A stretch of 64,000 nt of DNA from an uncultured Bacteroidota bacterium (lineage in GTDB: Bacteria > Bacteroidota > Ignavibacteria > UBA10030). A program made the position numbers and the translations under genes. Location of the stretch: contig CAVYRP010000005.1 of NCBI GenBank assembly GCA_963770945.1, positions 100,268 through 164,267 of the forward strand, written 5' to 3'. The notes under the pieces were generated by a model that worked only from the letters and a program-made list of their open reading frames with translations, had not been told where the DNA came from and ran no database searches. The first letter of the stretch is position 1; each line of letters begins with the position of its first letter. This document shows positions 30,008 to 40,360 of this stretch, one piece after another.

Positions 30008-31120
30008 TTATTTTCCCCGGGCAACGATTTGTTCTATGACATTTAACATAATCTTCGCAGAAGCATCCCACGTAAGAGAATGTGAATAGGAAAGCGCGCC
30101 GGCTGCCAATCGTGTACGAAGATGTTCGTCGCGAAGAAGAAGAAGAATTTTTTCGGCAAGCTGTTCGATGTTTCCGTATTCGTAGAGTAATCCGGTTTCA
30201 CCATCGATTACGGCATCACGCAGTCCCGGGACATCGCTTGCAACTGCGGGTACTCCGCATGCATTTGCTTCCGTGACTGTCAAGCCCCATCCTTCTTTTG
30301 CAGATGTATTTACGACTATCTGCATTTGATTCAATAACCGTACTTTTTCTTCCACGGGAAGAAATCCGGTAAAGGTAGTTGCATGATCTATATGAAGATC
30401 TTGCGCTAATCTTTGGAATCCCGGTTTACCGTCGCCTTCCCCAATGACGGTAAGTTTAATTTCAGGCATTTCTTTCAGCACTATTGCAAAGGCATGCAGT
30501 AAATGATCGACGCTTTTATATTTTTTTATTCTTCCCACATATCCTATCAACGGCTCGGTTTGTTGTATGCCCTGAATCTGCCGGTATGCTGAATGGTTTA
30601 CCGCGCAGGGAACAAGAAAAATATTCTCCTTGCGGAAACCGTGCGAAAGCAGTTCTTTTCGTGTGCTTTCGGAAATTGCAACGAGCGGAGTTTTCCGGTA
30701 GACTTTAAGAGCAAGCCGCTCTGCACCATAGACGTACGCCGCTGCCGGGGCAGAGGCTTCCTTAAAAATGGCATTACCGAACAAGTGCATCACCATTCCC
30801 AGCAGCGGTTCCCGTACATACAGCGGTGTATAAAATGGAATTTTGTTGATGTCGTCTATAACGATATCGTATCGCTCACGCCGGAAACGTTTTGTATATT
30901 CGACCGGAACAACATAGTTAAAAAGGCTGCGATTTCCTTTTCTCACGATATGTAAGCCGTCGATCTCTTCTTCAGCGGGGGCACCGTGAAATTGCGAGCA
31001 GAAAAGCGTGATTTGATGTCCTTGTGCGGCTATCCGCTGAAATATTTGATGGAGATATACTTCTGCACCGCCGCCTTACGGATTCTTAATATCCTGCCAA
31101 TTTAGAAGAAGAATTTTCAT
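30008..31120 (-). pseudogene. GT4-family glycosyltransferase with in-frame TAA at 31076-31078
   Basis: The N-terminus reads MKILLLNWQDIKNP*GGGAEVYLHQIFQRIAAQGHQITLF... in the same frame as track ORF 30008-30946. The C-terminal GT1/GT4 core is EGWGLTVTEANACGVPAVASDVPGLRDAV. Confidence 0.8.
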
Positions 31121-31333
31121 ATGCCGATGTAGTATATCTATCTATTTCTTCTATTTCCACTGTAACAAAAATATTTTATTCAATCCGCCTGGAAAAAAAA
31201 GACCGCAATCCACCGCTCCTTCTTGCATATATAACACAAAAATTCTCTCCACCACGAGCCTGCCTGCCGCATAGCAGGGAGGGGATAAATGGGACGAGGG
31301 TTTTTAAAATAATCCAAGATTAGAGCAATACGA

Positions 31334-32354
31334 CTATCTTTTTTTATTCTTCAACTGTTCTATTTGATGATCGACCATCATCTTCACCAAATCTGAAAAC
31401 GATGTTCGCGGCGACCAGCCCAGCATTGTTATTTGCTTTCGAAGTATCTGCAACGGTAGTTCCGGTCTCCGTCAGACGGATGAACCGCGGATCGACCACC
31501 ACATATTTCTGCCAGTCTATACCGACGCTATTGAATGCCGTTTCGCACAATTGCCGCACGGTACGAACTTCTCCTGTACCGATGATATAAGTATCCGGTT
31601 TTTCATGCTGAAGCATCATCCACATAGCTTCCACATAATCGCCTGCAAAACCCCAGTCGCGTTTTGCATCTAAATTGCCGAGTGCGATTTTTCCATCTTT
31701 AACGATCGGTTCGCCTTGTTCGTTGAGGTCGGGGGAATTAAATATGCCGAGTTTTATACACGCTGCTCCATATGCGACCTTTTGCGTCAGGAAATGTATC
31801 CCGCGCCGGGGACTTTCGTGATTGAATAGAATTCCACAAGCTATGAAGAGTTTATAACTCGTATTGTAGATCTGCGCCATAGTATGCGCATATAGTTTGG
31901 CAGCGCCGTATGGATTTACCGGTGCAAACGGTGTTTGTTCATTCTGCGGAACTATCGTCGGCGTTCCGAACATTTCCGATGAAGAAGCCTGGTAAATGCG
32001 GCAATCCGGTTTTACATACCGAACTGCTTCATAGACACGATGAGCGCCGATGCCCGTGATTTCCGCTGTCTCGATGGCAAGCCGCCAGGATTCACCGGGG
32101 TAAGATTGAGCTGCCAGGTTGTATATTTCATCCGGCTGGTAAGACCGAATGGTTTCTGCAATGGAAAACGTATCGAGCAGATCGCCGTATGCAATGTGGA
32201 TTTTATTTGCAAGATGTGCTATGTGCGAATTCGGCACAGCGGAAGTTTTGCGCATCATTCCCACTACTTGATAGTTTTTAGCTACAAGTAATTCCGTGAG
32301 ATACGAGCCATCTTGACCGGTTATACCGATAACGAGTGCGGTTTTTTGCTTCAT
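31334..32354 (-). pseudogene. gmd: GDP-mannose 4,6-dehydratase with an apparent frameshift near 31427-31433
   Basis: GITGQDGSYL and conserved SDR-e blocks are present. After ...DTSKAN the conserved tail MLGWSPRTSFSDLVKMMVDHQIEQLKNKKR* is in another frame and stops at 31334. The track frame gives a non-conserved tail ending at 31344. Confidence 0.88.
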
Positions 32355-32421
32355 GATTCTCCTTATTAAGACGTCAGTTTCTTTACATTATGCTAACTGA
32401 TACGATATTTTATAGGTTTTT

Positions 32422-35142
32422 TTACTGCTGCTTCCGTGCTGCTACAGCGTTTGCCTGTTTCATCTGAATTTGATATCGCAGTTGTTCGAGTATCTGATCG
32501 ATATTGTGTTCTTTTGGATAGGCCGATTTGATTAGCGGTAAAACATCCTCAGCTTCCTTGTACATGTCCAATTCATTATAACAATAAAATAAAATAATGT
32601 ACGGATTATATTGCGATAATTGTTCGGTTACTGGACGGCTGATAACATCTTTGAGTTCCCGTATAATCTCGTTTAGCAGCCGATTACTCCGATCTCTATT
32701 ACCTGCCATAATATAGAGTGAAGCCATGTCATGTTTTAGACGATAATCCATGGGAATGGAACGTTGAGGCAGAACTTGTTCCATTCGATCTAGAATTGCC
32801 GCTGCTTCTTGCGGTTTATTCTTGATTTGAGCGCAATACATCGCATAGGAAATAAATATGTTTCTGTAATTTAATGTGAGCAGCCGGCGTGTGTCTTCAT
32901 CGTAGTATGTTGTGCTATCTTGAAATCCACGCCATCGGAATCCATATTTCGGTTCTTTGGAAAATTGTTTGACTTCGTTAAAAATATTCTGATGCACAGC
33001 CGTTTCGTTTAAATTTGACCAATAGCTGCGTGACTTGAAAGGAACCAGTCTAAATGTCAGTCCCGTTAATTGCATATAATCGCGCAGGCCGATCTTGCAA
33101 TCGTCCGATACGGTTAATCCATAATAGATAGGCCTTTGCCAGCGATTAGTCATGATAATATCATACACCATAATATCCTGGGCACGTATCGCCTTGATAT
33201 TTCCGTCCTGAATTGTATTGGGCATTATAAATCGTATTACATTACTTCTAATAATGGAAGTGTCTAGCAATGATATATCGAGATTCCCCTCGATAGAAAA
33301 TTTTCGAATAACATCAGGGCCAACGGGTAACTCCATCCATCGCGGCTCGAATAGCACAGCCCGGATATTATCAATCTCTGCATCCGAAACTGAGATAGGC
33401 ACCGGTTTTGAGCCGTATGGTGTTTCATGTTTCAATTGTCTGATGTACCAGGGTGTATTCGCCAAACTTAAATTTACGATACGAATATCGCGCCGTATAC
33501 CTTCGACATCCTGTAAATACCAGAGGGGAAATGTATCGTTATCGCCGTTAGTGATTAGAATTGCATCCTTTTCGCAGCTCTGGAGCATGTTGTAAGAATA
33601 GTCCCATGCGACATAATTTCCACTTCGGTTCGCCTGATGAAAATTGGAAGAGAACATCTTCAGAGGCACAAATATAAATGCCAGTGCAATTATGCCGTAT
33701 CCAGCGATCTGGCCTGTTCGCTGTGCCGAAATATTCTGTTTGGCGATATCAATAAGTGCTAGTATGCCGTAAGCGATCCAGATTGAAAAAACAAAAAATG
33801 AACCCACATAAAAATAATCGCGTTCGCGCGGCTGCGGTTCCTGCTGGTTCTGGTAGAGCGCAAGTACTACGCCCATAATAATAAATGTAACGATCAAGGT
33901 GAAGCAGAAATACGGCTGTTTGCGCCATTGATAATATGCACCCAATAAGCCCAGCAGGAATGGAATCATATAGTATTGATTCCAGTCCACACCGGCATTC
34001 CTGAAATCGCCTTTCGAACCTATATAGTTCCATCCGAGATATCGAAGGTACATATGTTTGATTTGGTATCGCCACATATAGTCCAAATCGTTTGTGTAAT
34101 TCCGATGATAATATTTCTTTTGGGGATCGGAATCCCAGCGGCGATCAATAATCGGAGCATTTCCGTACTGTTCTCGATTTAAATACGAAACAAGCCTTCC
34201 AAGCGTGCTCGGATCGTTTTCGTTCATCGGCGGGTGGGCATTTGCTCGAATATAGACCATCGTGTAAGTTGAATAACCGAGTACAATGAATAAAAACGAA
34301 AGCAGTGCAACATTCAACAATCGCTTCTTTTTCCGGACTGAATAATATATGCCGCAGGCTGCACCAATAATAAGAGCGATTGGTATGAAAGTAATAATCT
34401 CGTTTCTTGTTCCGCCGGCTTCACCATCGAGAAGCGATGGAAGAACTGTAACAACGCCCGGATAGATAATAAAGAAAATGATCAAAGCACCGATACCGAA
34501 CTTGATGAAGGATTTCCACTCGAATTTATTGTTACGAAAATACCACAACAGCATTACAGGGAACAAGGCAAGCACCGACAGCAGGTGCACACCGACAGAA
34601 ATGCCCGCGATGTAAGCAATTAGAAGTATATAACGGTCGCCCCCGTCTTTATCAGCGCGCTCGTACCAGCGAAGTCCGAGAAGAATAATCAGTCCGATAA
34701 ATGTCATACTAAGCCCGTAAACTTCTGCTTCGACTGCGCTAAACCAGAAGGTTATGCTGAATGCAAGCGAAAATGCACCGATGACTCCCGGACCATATGT
34801 TGCAACGCGATCAAAAAAAGTGGCCGGAATACCTTTCCACAAAACTATCAAATCGACGATAACAAGATAAAGCAGTCCGCATGCAATGGCGGATCCAAGA
34901 GCGGAAAGAAAGTGCATCCGGACAGCAATATCTGAGGCAAACGGAATCATCGATGAAATGCGTGCTAGAAGCAGAAAAAGCGGCGCACCGGGCGGATGCG
35001 GCACCTGCAATGAGAATGCCGCAGCACAGAATTCGCCTACATCCCAGAACACGACGGTAGGTGAAAGTGTTTTAATATACACCGCCAGAGGTACAAAAAA
35101 AACTATTAATGCAATAAGACGATTAAGGTTTTTATGTTCCAT
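32422..35142 (-). CDS. DUF2723 (GT117/TMEM260-like) membrane glycosyltransferase with C-terminal TPR-like region
   Basis: 906 aa and polytopic. The N-terminal block is FWDVGEFCAAAFSLQVPHPPGAPLFLL, typical of DUF2723. Confidence 0.8.
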   Translation of the reverse strand: MEHKNLNRLIALIVFFVPLAVYIKTLSPTVVFWDVGEFCAAAFSLQVPHPPGAPLFLLLARISSMIPFASDIAVRMHFLSALGSAIACGLLYLVIVDLIVLWKGIPATFFDRVATYGPGVIGAFSLAFSITFWFSAVEAEVYGLSMTFIGLIILLGLRWYERADKDGGDRYILLIAYIAGISVGVHLLSVLALFPVMLLWYFRNNKFEWKSFIKFGIGALIIFFIIYPGVVTVLPSLLDGEAGGTRNEIITFIPIALIIGAACGIYYSVRKKKRLLNVALLSFLFIVLGYSTYTMVYIRANAHPPMNENDPSTLGRLVSYLNREQYGNAPIIDRRWDSDPQKKYYHRNYTNDLDYMWRYQIKHMYLRYLGWNYIGSKGDFRNAGVDWNQYYMIPFLLGLLGAYYQWRKQPYFCFTLIVTFIIMGVVLALYQNQQEPQPRERDYFYVGSFFVFSIWIAYGILALIDIAKQNISAQRTGQIAGYGIIALAFIFVPLKMFSSNFHQANRSGNYVAWDYSYNMLQSCEKDAILITNGDNDTFPLWYLQDVEGIRRDIRIVNLSLANTPWYIRQLKHETPYGSKPVPISVSDAEIDNIRAVLFEPRWMELPVGPDVIRKFSIEGNLDISLLDTSIIRSNVIRFIMPNTIQDGNIKAIRAQDIMVYDIIMTNRWQRPIYYGLTVSDDCKIGLRDYMQLTGLTFRLVPFKSRSYWSNLNETAVHQNIFNEVKQFSKEPKYGFRWRGFQDSTTYYDEDTRRLLTLNYRNIFISYAMYCAQIKNKPQEAAAILDRMEQVLPQRSIPMDYRLKHDMASLYIMAGNRDRSNRLLNEIIRELKDVISRPVTEQLSQYNPYIILFYCYNELDMYKEAEDVLPLIKSAYPKEHNIDQILEQLRYQIQMKQANAVAARKQQ

Positions 35143-35222
35143 CGTTTTTAGGATTTTACCGTATTAAAATTTTCAATTAATGTATGAGGAAAAGGATTGA
35201 ACTTCAAGGAATATTGAACGAT

Positions 35223-36386
35223 TCAGCGGAACTTCTGACAAATTTCATCACATAGTACATATCCCTTTGCAGTCAGCCGGATTCGTCCGTTCTCCATCAC
35301 TGCGTTCTTTTGTTGAATCAATTCAGAAATGACGAATCTATTTTCTGCTGAAATATCATGTGAAAACTCTCTCTGAAATTTGTTAAGGTCGATTCCCTCG
35401 CTTCTTAAACCGAGGAAAATCGATTCTTCCATTAATTGAGCTTTGGTAAGATGCTCTCCGCCCCCAAGCGGGAGTGTGCGACTGTCTATTTTATTCATGT
35501 AGGCCGTAAGATCAGATACGTTCCACCAGCGTTCATTAGTCCAGAATGAATGCGCCGATGGGCCGAAACCGAGATAGTTGGAGTGATTCCAGTAATTGAG
35601 ATTATGACGGCATTTGAAATTCGGCTTGTCCGCACCGGCGGATCCGGCGAAGTTCGATACTTCGTATTGTTCGTATCCATGAGAAGTAAGAAAATCGATA
35701 GTGAATTCGTATAAATCGGCATCGCGTTCGGAATCGATAGGTGACACCTGATTTGATTGAACCATACTAAAGAGCGGCGTGCCCGGTTCTATTATAAGAC
35801 TGTAGCATGAAATATGACCGGGTTGAAGTTCGACTGCTTGTTCAAGATTTGATTTCCATTTTTCCATGGTCTGGTTAGGAAGCGAGAAGATAAGATCGAA
35901 GCTGACATTATCAAATCCTGCTGCGGTACAATCCTTTATGCACTGTTTCCCTTCGGATGCAGTATGAATACGCGTTAGAAATTTCAGGTCTTCATCGTGG
36001 AATGATTGAATTCCCATGCTGATTCGGTTAATACCGGCAGATCGGAATGCCCGCAGTTTATTTTTATCAACTGTTCCCGGATTTGTTTCTAGTGTGATCT
36101 CCGCATTCGTCTGAATTGTAAACCGGGATGTCAGCAAATTGAGTATCTCTTCAATCTCAGACGGATGAAGAAGAGAAGGTGTTCCGCCTCCGAAGAAAAT
36201 TGTCTCATAGGGTTCATGAAAACGCTGATCTTCCGCCCGATGCTCGATCTCCGCTTTAAGTGCGGAAAGAAAGCGCTTTTTCAGGGAGCGGTCTCCCGGG
36301 TGTAATTCTACCGGCACAATGGAGTAAAAATCGCAGTAGATGCATTTATGTTCGCAGAAAGGAATATGAATGTAGAGTGAAGCCAT
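35223..36386 (-). CDS. hemW: radical SAM heme chaperone HemW / coproporphyrinogen III oxidase-like
   Basis: MASLYIHIPFCEHKCIYCDF contains the CxxxCxxC motif, plus GGGTPS and a HemN_C-like C-terminus. The start is ATG 36386. Confidence 0.88.
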   Translation of the reverse strand: MASLYIHIPFCEHKCIYCDFYSIVPVELHPGDRSLKKRFLSALKAEIEHRAEDQRFHEPYETIFFGGGTPSLLHPSEIEEILNLLTSRFTIQTNAEITLETNPGTVDKNKLRAFRSAGINRISMGIQSFHDEDLKFLTRIHTASEGKQCIKDCTAAGFDNVSFDLIFSLPNQTMEKWKSNLEQAVELQPGHISCYSLIIEPGTPLFSMVQSNQVSPIDSERDADLYEFTIDFLTSHGYEQYEVSNFAGSAGADKPNFKCRHNLNYWNHSNYLGFGPSAHSFWTNERWWNVSDLTAYMNKIDSRTLPLGGGEHLTKAQLMEESIFLGLRSEGIDLNKFQREFSHDISAENRFVISELIQQKNAVMENGRIRLTAKGYVLCDEICQKFR

Positions 36387-36449
36387 TTCACGTTTTTTCC
36401 GTCCAAACTTTTCAATCACTAAATCATTAAATCACCAAATCATTAACTT

Positions 36450-37373
36450 TCATCTTATCAATGTTCCAATCCTGTTCCATCGAATGGATGATAATTTATC
36501 CGGTATATTTGATACTGAGACTTCCGTGTCCCATGACCAGTATACAATTAAAGCTTCACCGATTACCTGATCATCCGGTACAAAACCCCAATAGCGGCTG
36601 TCCATACTATTGTCGCGATTGTCACCGAGGACAAAATAATAATTTTTACGGACATGATATTCCGAGGCTGCTGCTCCGTCAATTAAAATCATATTTTCTG
36701 CGGTCTGAACTGTATGTCCTTCGCGTTCTATCAATGTACGCCATTGAGAGATGGCTGCCGGTTCAAGTTTTAAAATATCATCCTGCTTAGGGACGACAAT
36801 AGGCCCGTAGTCGGTATTGCTGAAAGCAGAGCCCTTAGGAAATATTTCAGCATTCTGTTGATACGGATTTTCGTCAGGATGGCCGGGTTGAATTCCTTGA
36901 GGTGGAAAGGGAATGAAGATTTTATTTACATAGACAAGGCCGGAATGAATTTCCAGCGTATCACCCGGCAATCCCATACAGCGTTTGATATAATGAACAT
37001 TTTCCGGACTTTTAATTTCATCTCTGCCGCCTGGAAATTCGAACACGATAACATCTCCGCGGCGGATGTTTTGAAAAAGAGAAAGCTTGAATGAAGGTAT
37101 AGTTCCTGCAACAAACGGCAGGCGGCGCGGTGTATGCAGGCCGTAAGCGAGTTTGTTAACTAAAAGAAAATCGCCTTTTTGGAGCGTCTGTTCCATCGAA
37201 GCCGACGGAATGCGATACGCATCGAGCACAAATATTTTTAAGAGGAGAGCCGCAAATACCGTAATCAGGATCGTCTTGCCGTATTCAATTAACGCTGATG
37301 CATGGTTCTTCTCTTCCAGCTTTGTATCAGCAGATCGATCCGGGTATTTACTATTAACAGATTGCTCCTGCAT
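36450..37373 (-). CDS. lepB: signal peptidase I
   Basis: S26 motifs IPSASMEQTL, GDFLLVNK, RGDVIVF, KRCMGLPGD and GDNRDNSMDSRYWGFVP. The start is MQEQS at 37373. Confidence 0.9.
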   Translation of the reverse strand: MQEQSVNSKYPDRSADTKLEEKNHASALIEYGKTILITVFAALLLKIFVLDAYRIPSASMEQTLQKGDFLLVNKLAYGLHTPRRLPFVAGTIPSFKLSLFQNIRRGDVIVFEFPGGRDEIKSPENVHYIKRCMGLPGDTLEIHSGLVYVNKIFIPFPPQGIQPGHPDENPYQQNAEIFPKGSAFSNTDYGPIVVPKQDDILKLEPAAISQWRTLIEREGHTVQTAENMILIDGAAASEYHVRKNYYFVLGDNRDNSMDSRYWGFVPDDQVIGEALIVYWSWDTEVSVSNIPDKLSSIRWNRIGTLIR

Positions 37374-37374
37374 T

Positions 37375-38292
37375 CTATTTGATAAGTGAACCGATACGGC
37401 CCCAGCGCACCGATGCAAGTCTGCCGAAAATATCGTAGATCGGGAGATCGGAATTCCACGACCAGTAAACAACCATCGGTGTTCCGACAATATTTTCTTT
37501 CGGAATAAATCCCCAGTAGCGGCCGTCAAGACTGTTGTCCCGGTGATCACCCATTCCGAAGAGATAATCGCGCTGTACGGTGTATGATGTTGCAGGTTTT
37601 CCATCGATCAGGATTGTTCCGGCGGCAGTTTCAGCCGTATGTCCTTCGCGCTTGATGAATATTTGCCAGGCGGAAAAATTCTGCAGGGTTAACGGAATCA
37701 CGGTTCCTTGTTTTGGTATGACAAGCGGGCCGAAGTTATCTTCGTTCCCGTTTGAGCCCGCAGGGAAGATGCGGTCGTCGTATTCGTTTGCAGGTATTGA
37801 CCAGCTGCGGTCGAATCTGACATTGCGGGGCAGCGGCAGCATTTGTCCGTTTACAGATAAGACCCGCTCGCGAATTTGGATTGTATCGCCGGGTAATCCG
37901 ACACAGCGTTTGAGGTAAAAGGTAAAATCCACCGGCTCGACTTCATCGCGCATGCCGGGGAAGATAAATACTATAACGTCGCCTCGTCTCACATCCCGGA
38001 ATGCGGGTATACGAAACCATGGTAAACGTACATTAGTGAAAGGAATATTACGCGGCGATGTTCCGCCGTAAATAAATTTATTGACGAAAAGCAGCTCGCC
38101 GGTCATTACTTCATTTTCCATCGATCCGGTCGGAACAAGAAAAGATGCAACAACGAAGTTATTGATAAGAAGAAAAAGGCCTAATACTATTCCGGTTTCT
38201 TTAAGAAATGCAATCGTCTTTTCTTTGAATGTCTGCGGTTCAGGCTGTTCTTCTTTTTTTTGTTTTTTATCGCTGCTCATAATTATTTCCAA
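37375..38292 (-). CDS. lepB: signal peptidase I (paralog)
   Basis: S26 motifs VPTGSMENEV, RGDVIVF, KRCVGLPGD and GDHRDNSLDGRYWGFIP. Confidence 0.9.
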   Translation of the reverse strand: MEIIMSSDKKQKKEEQPEPQTFKEKTIAFLKETGIVLGLFLLINNFVVASFLVPTGSMENEVMTGELLFVNKFIYGGTSPRNIPFTNVRLPWFRIPAFRDVRRGDVIVFIFPGMRDEVEPVDFTFYLKRCVGLPGDTIQIRERVLSVNGQMLPLPRNVRFDRSWSIPANEYDDRIFPAGSNGNEDNFGPLVIPKQGTVIPLTLQNFSAWQIFIKREGHTAETAAGTILIDGKPATSYTVQRDYLFGMGDHRDNSLDGRYWGFIPKENIVGTPMVVYWSWNSDLPIYDIFGRLASVRWGRIGSLIK

Positions 38293-38353
38293 TTATAAAG
38301 AAAATTATTTATCTCTTAATCTTAATTATCTCAATACTTCTAAACTCTCAATC

Positions 38354-40154
38354 TTATTCTTCCAATGACAGCACGGCAAGGAATGCTTCCTGCGGCACTT
38401 CTACACTGCCCACTCGTTTCATCCGTCGTTTGCCTTCTTTTTGTTTCTCCAGCAGTTTTCTTTTTCGTGAGATATCGCCGCCGTAGCATTTTGCCAGCAC
38501 ATTCTTGCGAATAGCGCTTAGCGATTCACGCGCGATCACCTTACTGCCGATTGCGGCCTGTATTGCCACCTCAAACATTTGACGAGGAATGAGCTCCCGA
38601 AGTTTCCTGCAAAGCTTGCGTCCCCACTCAGCCGATTTCACCCGGTGAATAATGGTGGAAAGTGCGTCAACCGGCTCTCCGTTTAATAAAACATCCAATT
38701 TTACAAGGTCGGATTCGCGGTATTCAAGAAAATCATAGTCCAGGGAAGCGTAACCGCGCGAGAGAGACTTCAATTTATCGTAGAAATCGAAGATAATTTC
38801 AGATAAAGGCAGTTCAAAACAGACATCGGCACGCTCCGGGCTGATATAGGTGGTGTTACGATGAATACCGCGGCGGTCCATGCAGAGCTTCATAATATTG
38901 CCGATATATTCTGTCGGTGTGATGATTTGTGCCTTTACGAACGGTTCTTCCACCATCTCAATTTTGCCGGCATCCGGCATCAGTGCGGGATTATCGACGA
39001 AGAGAACTTCTTTGTTTGTTTTTGTAACGCGGTACTCGACGTTTGGTACCGTATTAATAAGATGCTGATTATATTCGCGCTCCAATCGTTCACGGACAAT
39101 TTCCATATGGAGAAGTCCGAGAAATCCGGCGCGGAATCCGAAGCCCAGCGCAACAGAGGATTCAGGTTCGAAGATAAGTGAAGAGTCGTTTAATTTCAAT
39201 TTATCGAGCGCATCGCGCAGTTCGCCAAAGTCGTCGCTGTTGGATGGATACATTCCGCTGAAGACCATCGGTTTGGCTTCTTTGTAACCCGGAAGCGGTT
39301 CCGCAGCGGGATTATCTACGAGTGTAATCGTGTCGCCGACTTTTGTGTCGTGCACATCTTTGACATTTGCAATTATATATCCGACGTCGCCTGCAGAAAG
39401 CGAACCGATCCGTTTCTTTTGCATCTCAAGAATACCGACATCTTCCGCCTGAAATTCTTTCCCGTTTGAGAAGAACCGGATTTTATCTTTCTCGCGGATC
39501 GTTCCTTCCATAACGCGAATGTAGGCAATTGCTCCGCGATACTCATCGAACACGGAATCGAAGATCAGCGCTTTCAGCGGTGCGTTCGGATCGCCTTTCG
39601 GTGCGGATATGCGCGTAGACGATGGCCTCGAGCACTTCTTCCGTTCCCATTCCGGATTTTGCACTGCCCATTAGAATTTCTTCTTCTTTGCACCCGATAA
39701 GATCGATCACCTGTTTCTTCACGGTGTCGATCATGGTCTTAGCGCTCGGCAGATCTATCTTATTGATGAACGGAACAATTTCAAGTCCGGCGTCGATGGC
39801 AAGATAGAGGTTAGAAATGGTTTGTGCTTCCACACCCTGTGTTGCATCTACTACCAGAATTGCGCCTTCGCATGCGGCAAGCGAACGTGAGACTTCGTAG
39901 GTGAAATCCACATGCCCCGGTGTGTCGATGAGATTTAATGTGTAGTTCTTTTTGTCGTGGGCCTGGTACTTGATCTGGATTGCATGCAGCTTTATAGTTA
40001 TGCCGCGTTCCTGCTCAAGGTCCATATCGTCGAGCATTTGTTTAGTTATATCGCGGGTTGCAACTGTGCCGGTATATTCCAGCAAACGATCGGCAAGCGT
40101 GGATTTGCCGTGGTCGATGTGAGCGATGATGCAAAAATTGCGGGTATTTTCCAT
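38354..40154 (-). pseudogene. lepA: elongation factor 4 (LepA) with an apparent frameshift at ~39614
   Basis: The N-terminal GTPase domain is [18 protein letters not shown]. After ...EEVLEAIVY the conserved [20 protein letters not shown] continues in another frame (track ORFs 39543-40154 and 38354-39664 overlap). Confidence 0.92.
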
Positions 40155-40360
40155 AATTCCGTGTTTTAATCCAAAACAACAAAGAGTAAAGAGGGATACC
40201 GGATCTGAGCCGCTCTTTACTCCTTCAACTAATGCAAGATAGCTGAAATTGTTCAGAAGAGCAAGGTGAGGGATTTGAGGTAATCTACCGTTCTTTGGAA
40301 CCTTCTCTATTATTTCTTAGCTTTGCAGAGTGTTTGTTGGACGGTGCAAAGGATTATATC

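Noticed and set aside
29823-30071. 82-aa minus-strand ORF overlapping the 3' end of the GT4 gene.
   Set aside because: It overlaps the conserved GT4 C-terminus in another frame and has a low-complexity hydrophobic translation.
11652-31078. An alternative genetic code (stop-codon reassignment) as the explanation for the in-frame TAG (HAD) and TAA (GT4).
   Set aside because: TAA (ahcY), TAG (metK, speB) and TGA (nucleotidyltransferase) all terminate well-conserved genes at the expected positions in this window, so the standard bacterial code applies.
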